A DNA stretch of 64,000 nucleotides from a virus. Position numbers and translations under genes: made by a program. Shown here one piece after another: positions 55,061-64,000 of this stretch. The notes beneath the pieces are model-generated. The model ran no database searches, was not told where the DNA came from, and saw only the letters and a list, made by a program, of their open reading frames with translations. The stretch covers positions 1-64,000 of the IMG/VR virus record IMGVR_UViG_3300025327_000717; one strand, 5' to 3'. Position 1 is the stretch's first letter. The number at the start of each line of letters is the position of its first letter.

Positions 55061-55744
55061 CTAGGCTTTGATGATACGGATGTATCCGGGCATGTAGTTA
55101 CCCGCCCCGCCTGCCCCGGCCTGGATAGTTCCGTTGGAGTCCGCTCGCCATGCGCGCCATGAGTAGGTGTGCGCCGCAGCCGATGGTGTCAGGCGCACCG
55201 TGATGAGCCCCGCGGTGCGCCCGCTCGACTGAGTAAGCTGCGCCGTGATGCCAAGAGCAGTCGAGCCGTCGAACAGGTCGATGAGCACACTGGCGGTGCC
55301 GCTGCCCGTCACGATGTAAGGCGCCCACAACTCGACGATGATTGCGGTGCTGCCGTTGAACGTGATCTCTGCCGCCGTGACGATCACGTCGGCCCCCGCC
55401 TCGGTCGTCGCCGAGACGGCGACTGGCGAAGTGAACTCGACGTAGCTGTATTCACGGCCTGGCGCGATCTCCGCGATCGCCTGTGCCAGCCCAGCCGCCG
55501 TGAGGACCGCGTCGATGGCGGCTCCGTCGTCATGGGTGGCAGGTGTCGTTCCCTCTGCTCCTCGTTGGACCGTCAGGGTATTCGTAGCTCGTGAGGTAAC
55601 GAGCATGAGTTCGTCGTCAACCTTGACGCGGAAGTTACCTGACGATGGGAAGACAGCACCAGAGGCGACATCCACCCCTGTCTCGTTGTCATCGAGAGGC
55701 TCCGCGAGTGTCGTGTGGCCAAAGTTAGCGAGCTGCTCTGTCAT
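55061..55744 (-). CDS. minor tail or fibre protein
   Basis: TTL...VASGAVFP...DDE...LTVQRGAEGT...H; beta-rich C-terminus. Confidence 0.75.
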   Translation of the reverse strand: MTEQLANFGHTTLAEPLDDNETGVDVASGAVFPSSGNFRVKVDDELMLVTSRATNTLTVQRGAEGTTPATHDDGAAIDAVLTAAGLAQAIAEIAPGREYSYVEFTSPVAVSATTEAGADVIVTAAEITFNGSTAIIVELWAPYIVTGSGTASVLIDLFDGSTALGITAQLTQSSGRTAGLITVRLTPSAAAHTYSWRAWRADSNGTIQAGAGGAGNYMPGYIRIIKA

Positions 55745-56355
55745 GTCGTATCTCCGAGGGTATCGTCACCCAGTGTGATCTCGCCGAGGTTGCTTCGTGC
55801 CTCACTATCGCCTATCACAGCATCGATCGTGAAGGAACCCATCAAGGTATCAGTGAGGATGGCTTCGATGCTGAAACTCTTGCCCAAAAGCCAAGCATCG
55901 ACCGTCAGTGAACCACTTGTAAGAGCGCGGATGATCGCATCCGCGGAAGCCGACCCACTGATCACTCTCTTGGCGATGGCATCTACTGTGAGGAGGCCTG
56001 ACAGCGTCCTCTTCGCGACGGCACTGGCTGTGAAAGAACCTATCTGGCCGATCCTGATGATGCTGTCGACCGTGAAGGATCCAGGCACGGTGTCACTTTC
56101 AAGCCACGCGTCGATGACCCAAGATTCCAGGCGGGTACGCATGATGATGGCGCTCGCCGAGAACGAGCCGCTGATCCGGTAGGTGTTCTCAAGTACGGAC
56201 AGTCTGGAGTCGAGGATCGTGAGAAGGGCTTCGACCGTCGAGCCGGCAGGTAGGGCTCCGATAGCCTCTGTGAGCTCCACGAACGTCGTTGATAGATCGC
56301 CGAAGTGATGCTCTGTCCCGCGCTCATGTCGATTGCGGTAGGTCGTATGGCTCAT
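55741..56355 (-). CDS. virion protein with 14-aa SFTVDA repeats
   Basis: About 9 repeats, ends LGEITLGDDTLGD. Confidence 0.8.
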   Translation of the reverse strand: MSHTTYRNRHERGTEHHFGDLSTTFVELTEAIGALPAGSTVEALLTILDSRLSVLENTYRISGSFSASAIIMRTRLESWVIDAWLESDTVPGSFTVDSIIRIGQIGSFTASAVAKRTLSGLLTVDAIAKRVISGSASADAIIRALTSGSLTVDAWLLGKSFSIEAILTDTLMGSFTIDAVIGDSEARSNLGEITLGDDTLGDTT

Positions 56356-56810
56356 ACGATGAAGGCGTTGATGGTGAAGATGCCAGCGATGCAGGCATCG
56401 ACAGTGAAGATGCCACCCTTGCTGAGCACAGCATCGACCAGGAACGACCCGGAGAACGTCCTCTTGATGACAGCATCCATGACGATGACCTGGTCGCTGA
56501 TCCACGCGTCGACCGCGAACGTCGCCTTCGTGCGCGTGTAGTCCTCGAGATAGACCAGACGCTGGGCCATGTCTGCCAGCACCCAGTGGATCGGTGTGAA
56601 CGCTTCGTACTTCCCGACCTTCTCCGAGAGGACTACGTAGAGATCGCTCTCTGGTCCGAAGTGATCCCTGACGCGATGATGCTTCCAGCGCTCACCGATG
56701 ATCCATGCGTCGATGGTGAACGAGCGAGCAGTGATGACGGCATCGATGGCGAAGGCGGGCAGCGCCGTCTTGAAGATGACAGCGTCGACGACGAACGAGG
56801 AGGCTGGCAT
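56352..56810 (-). CDS. virion protein with shortened FTVDA repeats
   Basis: Repeats flank an HFG plus coiled-coil segment shared with neighbour. Confidence 0.8.
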   Translation of the reverse strand: MPASSFVVDAVIFKTALPAFAIDAVITARSFTIDAWIIGERWKHHRVRDHFGPESDLYVVLSEKVGKYEAFTPIHWVLADMAQRLVYLEDYTRTKATFAVDAWISDQVIVMDAVIKRTFSGSFLVDAVLSKGGIFTVDACIAGIFTINAFIV

Positions 56811-56811
56811 C

Positions 56812-58401
56812 TCACTCGCTCACGTATCCGATGGCCCACATCTGATCACCCGTTCCTGGCGCGGTGATGAACGTCACCTGCTTGCTCGTCGGGTCATAGG
56901 TGTAATCGATGGTCGGACGCTGGAAGAGGCCGTTGAGGAAGAGGTCGAACTGACCCTGATAGAACGTGTATGGGAACGTGAACGAGGTTCGCGTCCCGTT
57001 GGCGGTCTCATCTGGATAGACGGTCGCGAACGACCCTGCAGGCACGCCAGCGCTTGAGTTATCCACCAAGACGGTCGTTTGGCCGATGGTGCCCTTCTGT
57101 CGCCGCAACGCCCTCCAGAGATGCCGAGAGTCCGAGAACGAGGTCCCGAACTCACCCTCAAAGCGGACATACGTCTGGCCACCAGGATTTTCGGTCGGCA
57201 GGGTCGGGAACGAGACACGGATGCTGCGGCATGGCAGCGTCGTGACCAGTGGGACTCCTGGACTCGGTCCTTGGGTGTAGAGGATGAAGTTCATGAGCAT
57301 ACCCGGGACGACATGTGCGCCGCCAGGGACATCATGGGCGAACCACACTACGTTCATCGTCTCGGTGGGTCGTGAGAGTCCGCCCTCGATGCCTTGTGTC
57401 GGGACAGTCCCTGGCGGGCCGTTGATGATGACGAAGGCGCGGTTTTTCACCGATCCCTGGGTCAGGTAGTTCTCCTGCCCAGCCCGTTCCTCGGCATACT
57501 GCCAGCGCCCATACAGGTTGCGACGGTCGATGGCGGCCTGCTCTCGGTCAGCGGGCTGTAGCCTTCCGTGCCATGTCGCATCCACGGCTGGCGGGTCAGG
57601 ATAGCGAGCGAAGACGATGTCGCCTGCTGGTCCACCGGGATTGCGGATCGAAGAGCCACCCCAGACGAGCGCATCGGTCACGACCTGCTCGAAGTTCTCT
57701 GAGTACTCGCCCTCACGGAAGCCGATGGTCGTGACGCCGTTGGGGTTCGAGTCTGTGAACGCCCACGGCGATAGCAGCGTCTCGTATTCATGGAGATGGA
57801 CCCTGAAGTCGGCGTCGATGTAGTAGATGACCCCACCGTTGTCTGAGAAGTCGTCCATCTGTTCGCGCCATGTCTTGCCCTGTCCGACGAAGAGTCCACC
57901 GTTCTCCTCTGTCCCATACGAGGTCGTGATGACATCACGGAACGTCGCGAAGTCGAGTCCGGCAGGGACGTCGATGAAGTTCTCCATCAGGTACTTGAAG
58001 GCCTCGCTGATGGTGCGCGAGCCAGAGGGCACCTCGAGCGCGCTCGTGGGGTCCGCTGAGTCGTAGAGCACACGCTTATCGAAGAGGATGTTGAAGTCTG
58101 GCCCTGTCAGGATCCACTTCCTCGAACGGACCGCGGACGGCACGGATGTGTCATCTGCGGCGAGGAAGTTGCCACGTCCGATGCGCATGAGATAGCCACC
58201 GAAGAGCGGCATGCTATCGAGATGGAACGCCAGCTTTTCGCCCGCTGTCGGCGAGAAGTTCTGAGAGAGGTCCCGAGCAGCTAGCTTGAACGAACCCTGG
58301 ACAGGGTTGGCCTGACTCGTGAACATCGTCTCCTGATAGACGACACGGTCGCTGATCTCTGTCCCGTCGAGCGTGATGGAGATGTCGGATGGTGTCGCCA
58401 T
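56812..58401 (-). CDS. minor tail (hub-like) protein
   Basis: ITLDG start, YYIDAD, VWG, LFLNGLFQRPTIDY; paralogue of N-terminal half of next gene. Confidence 0.8.
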   Translation of the reverse strand: MATPSDISITLDGTEISDRVVYQETMFTSQANPVQGSFKLAARDLSQNFSPTAGEKLAFHLDSMPLFGGYLMRIGRGNFLAADDTSVPSAVRSRKWILTGPDFNILFDKRVLYDSADPTSALEVPSGSRTISEAFKYLMENFIDVPAGLDFATFRDVITTSYGTEENGGLFVGQGKTWREQMDDFSDNGGVIYYIDADFRVHLHEYETLLSPWAFTDSNPNGVTTIGFREGEYSENFEQVVTDALVWGGSSIRNPGGPAGDIVFARYPDPPAVDATWHGRLQPADREQAAIDRRNLYGRWQYAEERAGQENYLTQGSVKNRAFVIINGPPGTVPTQGIEGGLSRPTETMNVVWFAHDVPGGAHVVPGMLMNFILYTQGPSPGVPLVTTLPCRSIRVSFPTLPTENPGGQTYVRFEGEFGTSFSDSRHLWRALRRQKGTIGQTTVLVDNSSAGVPAGSFATVYPDETANGTRTSFTFPYTFYQGQFDLFLNGLFQRPTIDYTYDPTSKQVTFITAPGTGDQMWAIGYVSE

Positions 58402-61400
58402 CAGGTCACCTTCGTGTAGCCAGCGCTGACCGACCCGTAGCCCACCGTGTCGGCTCCGATGACGATGCCAGCGGCATACGCTTTCAACTCATCGGTGGTG
58501 TAGAGAGTGGGGTAACGATAGAGCGGATCGATGCCCCAGAAGTTGCCGTTCGCGAAGCGTTCGTTGATGTAGATGGCATGAGCGCCTGTGAAGTTGCTGA
58601 GTCGCTTCGAGGCAGGCAGGTTGCTGTAGATGCCTTGCAGGACGGCTCCCTGCCTGGCGTCGATATGCGTGACGAACGCGCTCCAACTCTGGATGCCCCA
58701 GCCATAGAACGTCTCGCCCCAGCCGGCAGACCATGCAGTCTCGACATCGTCCAATCCGCCTCCAGTCGACTGGTCGGACTGGAAGCCACGATGATTGGGT
58801 GGCGTGTTGCGAGGGGTTCCCGCGAACGCCGTGTTCGCTCCTAGCGTATGCCGGTCAAGGGCCATCGCCGAGCAAGCGAAGATCGCGTTGTAGCCGTCCA
58901 TCGGCGTGCCCCAGCCGTACTGGAGTTGTGGAGCCGGGCGATAGACCTCACCACCAGATGAAGTCGGGACACTCCCTGCTCGCGTGTACTTCACGAGCAA
59001 CGATGATGAGATGTCCCTGTCACCAAGGATGCGAAACTCACCGGTCGTCGGGTCTGTCTCGATATAGTCGACGTTCGGTCGCAAGCGGATGCCCTGGAAA
59101 TAGACCACCAGCGAACCCGCAGCGTATGGGTACTGAGTGATGTAGTACTGCGCCCCAGCATGCTCAGCGTTGTCATAGATAGGGATGTTGGTGACAAGTT
59201 GTCCCGTCCCACCGCCACCACTGGATGAGGCCACGGCGGTCGGAAGGGCGTCCCAGACAGCATCAGCAGCCCAGCCGCGAGGCGCCACGATGACGCCACC
59301 CGTGGCTCCGTCGATCTCCAGCAGCACGGGTGAGTCGAAGAAATCGGGACTTCCATGGAACTCAGACCCAGCTACGGAGGCCTTCCCAGAGAAGGCTGCC
59401 ATCGAAGCCCCGGTATACGTGAAGGCCGGCGCCAGCGTCCAAAGAGCGGCGCCATCAGGACTATAACCACCGTACTGACCGGAGCCCGAATACACGATGA
59501 TGTTGCCTGTGGACTCATCGACACCGACACCATCGGCGATGGCCTGAGAAGCACCAGACGTCTTGGTGACGATATTCTTGATGAACGTCATGGTCGACCC
59601 GTCCCACTCGTCCAAGTACCACGTCGATGCTTCCCGTCGGATTAAGTAGAACTTTCCTCGGTCCGGATGGGTGACAAGCCGAAACGATCGGGTGGAGGTC
59701 GAGAACACCGAAACGTCAGCCGTAGCTTGTGGTCCACCAGTCGGTCCGTATCGGTGGACTTGATAGAAACCAGTGACCGTTACGCCGGTCCGGGCTATCG
59801 GGCGCGACACCATGTAGTACGTGTCACCTGGCCCCTTGGCGAGCCCAGCATAGAAACTGCGATCGTGGAAGAACTCCTCTGTAGTGATCAGCCACTCAGT
59901 AGTCGGATCATCGAGATCTTCCCAGATCGCGCTCGCAGCAGTCGTGTGATCGACGGTGATGCCGCCAGGAGACGCCATCCTTATGTTCGAGTCATCCGAG
60001 ATGTCGAACCACTCGCCACTCGCATGCTGTCCGACCAAGGATGCGTCAGCGCCCTCTATCGGACAGTCGACGGAATAGGCAGGGATAGAACCACTGCCTG
60101 TATATCCAGGAAGGGTAGTGAAGTCGAAGATTTGGACAGTGTCGGCGTTTCCGAACTCGATCTTCGCTCGGATCCCATACTGGTCGAGCCTGGGCCCGAC
60201 CCCCACCCACTCACGTTGTTCGAAACCGTTCACACCAGCGCTAGGATCCCACAACCATAAGGGCCATACGCCAACGGTGAACCCGTAATACCGCCAGGGG
60301 CTCTCGTTGTAGGCGTTGATGCGATAACCGCTACCAACTAGATAGTTGTATGGAGAAGCTGGCGGCGTGTTCGGCCAATAACCATAACTTGTTTCCACGT
60401 GCCCAAGCCCGGAATCCGGACCCGTCAAGAGTTCACGGAAGAACATGACAGAGCCGGTCCCGGGATCCAACTGGAGCAGGTTGCCATCCCCACCCCAGAA
60501 CAGGTAAAGGTATCCGTCAGCGAGCACCATCTGCCCATCGCCAGAGAAGAAACTTTGGCTCATGAACGTGGTCCAGAGTGGAGTCCCATCGGGAGAATAC
60601 TTATGGATACCTACCCATGAACTATCCCAACCCGCTGAGGCGACCTGGGCAAAAGAGTTGACGTATAAGCCAGTGGCGTCAGCCGCCGCGCTCCACACCT
60701 CCAGCTCCTCTGTCGCAGGGAACGGTCCCGAAGGATAGGGATCATCGTCAGGGTGTCGATAAGTGCCGACCGCACCAAGCATGTCGTCGTTCATCAACAG
60801 ATTCCATGTGGGCGGTCCATCGTCTGCAAAGGCGGAGATGAAGGCCCTGTCTCCAGCGGACTGGGCATAGAGCCCCTCGAACGTTGGTCCGTTCGCCCCA
60901 TCGCTGAAGAACGTGCCCAAGACATAGGTCATCGGTGACGCCCCACCGATGCCACCAGGCCCCTCGGGCGGGATGGTCTCTGAGATATCGAAGGGGGACG
61001 GAAAAGCGAACTTCCACAGGTCGGGAACGCCGAAGGGTGTATCGACCCGAAGCGTCAGTTCGATGTCCCAGCGCGGTTCTGTCGGGGTGAGGAACGTGAT
61101 GGTCGATGAACGGACGGGCAAGTCCTCTTGGTAGTCGAACGTCGTCATGCGAAAGTCGACGACGTGCCCGACCCGGATGCCCGGGGTGAAGAGACTGCAG
61201 GTCACGACCGGGACTGGATCGTTATGACCACGCCGATGGCTTGGTGAGCCCTCGACATACGTGCGAGCACGGCGGTTGACAGTCTGTTGCTTCCACGCAC
61301 CGACGTAGACCTCTCCGTACTGCCAGAGTCCATGCAGTGCCACGCGATCGGTGTCGGTGTACTTCGCGAAGACAGGGTCCGCAGAACCCAACCCGGCGCC

Positions 61401-62138
61401 CCAGATGAGGGCTTCGTTGCCAGCGTCGGTGTAGTCTCTCGCGGCCTCAGCCTCGCGGTAGCCGACCTGACCTGCAGTGGGGGCATCGGAGAGGACGAAC
61501 GGCGCTGTGACGGTCCTGTCATCGATGTAGCGGAGGACGCGGTCCGGGTCGATGTAGAAGACGGCTCCCGTGATCTTCGCGGCGTCATCGAAGAGCACTC
61601 CTAGCGGGGCGCTGACGTACCCCAGCGTGAACTCCTCGAAAGGGCCCGGAGAGGCGACTTGCTCGATGCCTGACTCGATGTCCAAATCATCGCCAGAGAG
61701 ATCGACGTAGTTGTTCAGGGCGAAGTCGATGGCCTGCTTGTCAGACGTGTCCGTGGGCCAGATCGTGAAGCCCTCGTTATTGGCAGGGTCGTCGATCCGA
61801 TACATGAAACGCTTCTGGAAGAGGATGTTCCGGTCGTAACCCTCGATGATCCAGAAGCGCGGCACGGTGACTGGCTGTGAGGTGTCGTCGACCGGCAGCG
61901 GCCATGCACGCCGGACCTTGAACGCCCAGCCATCCCACTCGCGCTGTCCATCGATGAACAGCTCGAGCGTCATCCCGGTTCGGATGTCGTCAGGGGTGTA
62001 AGCCTGCTGCTCATCATCGATGAGGACGACAGCCGTCCCGGGCTGCCCGTCAGCAAGACCCCTGAAGTTGGTGGGTTGGGCAAAGACCACATCCGAGGTG
62101 ATGTCGACGCCATCGAGCTTGATGACGACGGTAGCCAT
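58401..62138 (-). CDS. large tail protein: hub domain, beta-propeller-like middle, C39-like C-terminal domain
   Basis: Follows tape measure; FYIDPD, IWG; C-terminus aligns with endolysin. Confidence 0.85.
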   Translation of the reverse strand: MATVVIKLDGVDITSDVVFAQPTNFRGLADGQPGTAVVLIDDEQQAYTPDDIRTGMTLELFIDGQREWDGWAFKVRRAWPLPVDDTSQPVTVPRFWIIEGYDRNILFQKRFMYRIDDPANNEGFTIWPTDTSDKQAIDFALNNYVDLSGDDLDIESGIEQVASPGPFEEFTLGYVSAPLGVLFDDAAKITGAVFYIDPDRVLRYIDDRTVTAPFVLSDAPTAGQVGYREAEAARDYTDAGNEALIWGAGLGSADPVFAKYTDTDRVALHGLWQYGEVYVGAWKQQTVNRRARTYVEGSPSHRRGHNDPVPVVTCSLFTPGIRVGHVVDFRMTTFDYQEDLPVRSSTITFLTPTEPRWDIELTLRVDTPFGVPDLWKFAFPSPFDISETIPPEGPGGIGGASPMTYVLGTFFSDGANGPTFEGLYAQSAGDRAFISAFADDGPPTWNLLMNDDMLGAVGTYRHPDDDPYPSGPFPATEELEVWSAAADATGLYVNSFAQVASAGWDSSWVGIHKYSPDGTPLWTTFMSQSFFSGDGQMVLADGYLYLFWGGDGNLLQLDPGTGSVMFFRELLTGPDSGLGHVETSYGYWPNTPPASPYNYLVGSGYRINAYNESPWRYYGFTVGVWPLWLWDPSAGVNGFEQREWVGVGPRLDQYGIRAKIEFGNADTVQIFDFTTLPGYTGSGSIPAYSVDCPIEGADASLVGQHASGEWFDISDDSNIRMASPGGITVDHTTAASAIWEDLDDPTTEWLITTEEFFHDRSFYAGLAKGPGDTYYMVSRPIARTGVTVTGFYQVHRYGPTGGPQATADVSVFSTSTRSFRLVTHPDRGKFYLIRREASTWYLDEWDGSTMTFIKNIVTKTSGASQAIADGVGVDESTGNIIVYSGSGQYGGYSPDGAALWTLAPAFTYTGASMAAFSGKASVAGSEFHGSPDFFDSPVLLEIDGATGGVIVAPRGWAADAVWDALPTAVASSSGGGGTGQLVTNIPIYDNAEHAGAQYYITQYPYAAGSLVVYFQGIRLRPNVDYIETDPTTGEFRILGDRDISSSLLVKYTRAGSVPTSSGGEVYRPAPQLQYGWGTPMDGYNAIFACSAMALDRHTLGANTAFAGTPRNTPPNHRGFQSDQSTGGGLDDVETAWSAGWGETFYGWGIQSWSAFVTHIDARQGAVLQGIYSNLPASKRLSNFTGAHAIYINERFANGNFWGIDPLYRYPTLYTTDELKAYAAGIVIGADTVGYGSVSAGYTKVT
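62072..62133 (-). repeat. perfect 62-bp inverted repeat, arm 2
   Basis: Exact reverse complement of 51125-51186. Confidence 0.97.
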
Positions 62139-64000
62139 CAGCCCACCAGCATCGCGACTTCGTCGTGAAGCGCTCGCACCACCTTGCGGACCATACGGTC
62201 CTCGTCAGCCTCGCCGCGTACATCGGCCTTCACGTTGACGTTGATGTTGATGGGACTGCCACCACCACGTCCGAGACCACCAGGGGCTCCGTTCATACGT
62301 GGGTTGCGCATGACGACGACAGCCTCGTTCCCGATCTCACCTGCGAGGAAGCTGGTCGGTCGAGAGACCAGGTCGATCCCGCCAGAAGCACGACGCTTCC
62401 CTCTCTCGACGAATAGCGGCAGATCTTCATCTAGCGTGCCTCGTCCGACGTTGCTGCCAGTACGCGGTTGTGCTGTCCCTTGCTTCTCTGCGAGCCCCAC
62501 GATGGGCAAGACAGGCTCGAGTCCGTGTAGCCATCCAGTGACGTAGGTATCGAGCGCCTTGAGGCTGATCTCGGTGACCCTTCCAAGACGCTGCTCGAGT
62601 GTCTCGGCGATACGGATGGACCCTTGACGTGCAGCCACGCCCATGTCACGAGCGAGGTCGAGGGCAGCCTGCTTGACCTGCAGCAACTGCTCTTTCGCTT
62701 CGATGACCTTCTGGATGCCTCTGACCTCGATGGTCACAGCACGTGCCCGCTGGAGCAGTCCGAGCTGCTTCACAGCATCAGTCAACTGACGACCGAACCC
62801 GATGTCTTCGATGCGGAAGCCACGCTGAGCCGTGCGTTTACCGATGTCGAGTTCACGCTGCTGCTCGCGCACGAGCAACTCGGCCTCACGTCGGCGGACT
62901 GCCCGCTCTTCTGGCGTCTCACCCGGAGAGCGCAGTCGAGACAGGGAGAGTTGCAGGTTCAACTCGCGCTGTGAGCGCGCCAACTGGATACGCGTGAGTT
63001 CGCGGCCATCGTTGATCTGGGCACGCTGCAGTTCACCAAGCTGTGTGGCCCCGACGACTTGGTCGCCGATCGATACGGCCTGTCGCTGGTTCAGAGCGAC
63101 GAGGTCTCCGATGGAGCGGACGCTGATGCGGATCTGCTCGTTGTACTGAGCTTGCTCGAGGCCGAGTTGCAAGTCTTCAGCATCCGTTCGCAAGGCCGTG
63201 ATGGATGCACCCAACTTGGCGACACTCTGGATAGCAACATCGGGGACACCAAGATTCCGGAGTTCGGTCAGGCCTTCATCTCGGATGTCGGCGAGCGCAT
63301 CGCGCGAGCGCGTGATGGCGCCTTCGTACTTGCCAGCGGCCGCAGCGGCAATCGGGTCGACACCACTCGTGGCCGTGATGCCTGTCATAGCGTTGGTCGG
63401 GAAGGGGCGCGCGATGAGTTGCTCTGCTGCAGCCGCAGGGATGAGTTCGCGCTGCAACTCGAACTGGCGGGCCTGGGCCCGGAAGGATGCTTCCATCTGT
63501 CGACGACTCACTGTCAACAACTGGTTGACATCTGGCGTGGTCGCCCCTCGGCCACCCAACTCAAGCAGACGATTCAACTCCATGCCAGTGAGTTGACGGT
63601 CACCGGGACCAAGCGCCGCGACACCAGCACCAGCCCAAGCCTCCCGGACCTCCCGACTGGCTCCGATGTCGCTCAACGCCTTCGTCGATCTCTCGATGAG
63701 ACTCGCATCTGTGGTCGTGATCAGTCGTCCGGGACTCAACTCACCGTTGAACTTGACCCAACGATCGACACCCTCGTTGAACGAAGCAACAGCCTTGCCT
63801 GTCAGGGCGTTTGCTGAGGCAGCAGCCCGCTGCTGCCTTTCGATCATGTCTGTCAGGCCAAGGAGTTGCTCGTTCCGTGGAGCGCGGCCGAAAGCGATGT
63901 CCTCAGCGTTCTGGACTGTCTCAAGCCACTGCGTCAGGGGGTCCTTGACAGCAGGCGCGATCGTCGTGGCTGCGACCGCTGAAACAGGATTACCGAACGT
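62138..64000 (-). CDS. tape measure protein, C-terminal part (open to right edge)
   Basis: Frame open from 64000; coiled-coil; ASGG...PT..LAGE.G.EAV and ININVNV tail motifs. Confidence 0.85.
   Translation of the reverse strand, partial: TFGNPVSAVAATTIAPAVKDPLTQWLETVQNAEDIAFGRAPRNEQLLGLTDMIERQQRAAASANALTGKAVASFNEGVDRWVKFNGELSPGRLITTTDASLIERSTKALSDIGASREVREAWAGAGVAALGPGDRQLTGMELNRLLELGGRGATTPDVNQLLTVSRRQMEASFRAQARQFELQRELIPAAAAEQLIARPFPTNAMTGITATSGVDPIAAAAAGKYEGAITRSRDALADIRDEGLTELRNLGVPDVAIQSVAKLGASITALRTDAEDLQLGLEQAQYNEQIRISVRSIGDLVALNQRQAVSIGDQVVGATQLGELQRAQINDGRELTRIQLARSQRELNLQLSLSRLRSPGETPEERAVRRREAELLVREQQRELDIGKRTAQRGFRIEDIGFGRQLTDAVKQLGLLQRARAVTIEVRGIQKVIEAKEQLLQVKQAALDLARDMGVAARQGSIRIAETLEQRLGRVTEISLKALDTYVTGWLHGLEPVLPIVGLAEKQGTAQPRTGSNVGRGTLDEDLPLFVERGKRRASGGIDLVSRPTSFLAGEIGNEAVVVMRNPRMNGAPGGLGRGGGSPININVNVKADVRGEADEDRMVRKVVRALHDEVAMLVG

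Noticed and set aside
1-64000. tRNA, tmRNA or rRNA genes; stop-codon reassignment; integrase or att sites
   Set aside because: No cloverleaf recognised by eye (tRNAscan-SE/ARAGORN not run); genes are intact under the standard code; no recombinase seen

Overview
GC-rich tailed-phage (siphovirus-like) DNA, probably most of a genome longer than 64 kb, cut inside the virion operon at both edges. No capsid, protease, tail-tube, integrase, DNA polymerase, primase or helicase gene is recognisable in the window. Left arm (minus strand, 25.8 kb to 1): an array of short coupled genes with conserved junctions, QueD-like, ParB-like, TerS/TerL, portal, a 162-aa beta-rich protein, a ~300-nt structured non-coding block, a glycosylation island (5 glycosyltransferases, 2 methyltransferases, NDP-sugar epimerase) and a 1435-aa protein with 62 copies of a 14-aa repeat. 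Middle (mostly plus strand, 26-52 kb): many small early genes, SSB, RadC/JAB, Pol-beta nucleotidyltransferase, two SLOG proteins, vWA, RtcB, RecB-like nuclease, ERF, several HNHs, RusA. Right arm (minus strand, 64 to 52 kb): tape measure, two paralogous tail proteins, repeat/fibre proteins, C39+SH3 endolysin, holin. Most notable: a perfect 62-bp inverted repeat placing the tail-protein N-terminus in frame inside an unrelated gene 11 kb away; standardised gene junctions suggesting cassette shuffling; several candidate structured RNAs; a GTGDCAC-anchored promoter class; a tail-borne Cys-to-Ala paralogue of the endolysin. All calls are by eye; no database search or folding program was run.
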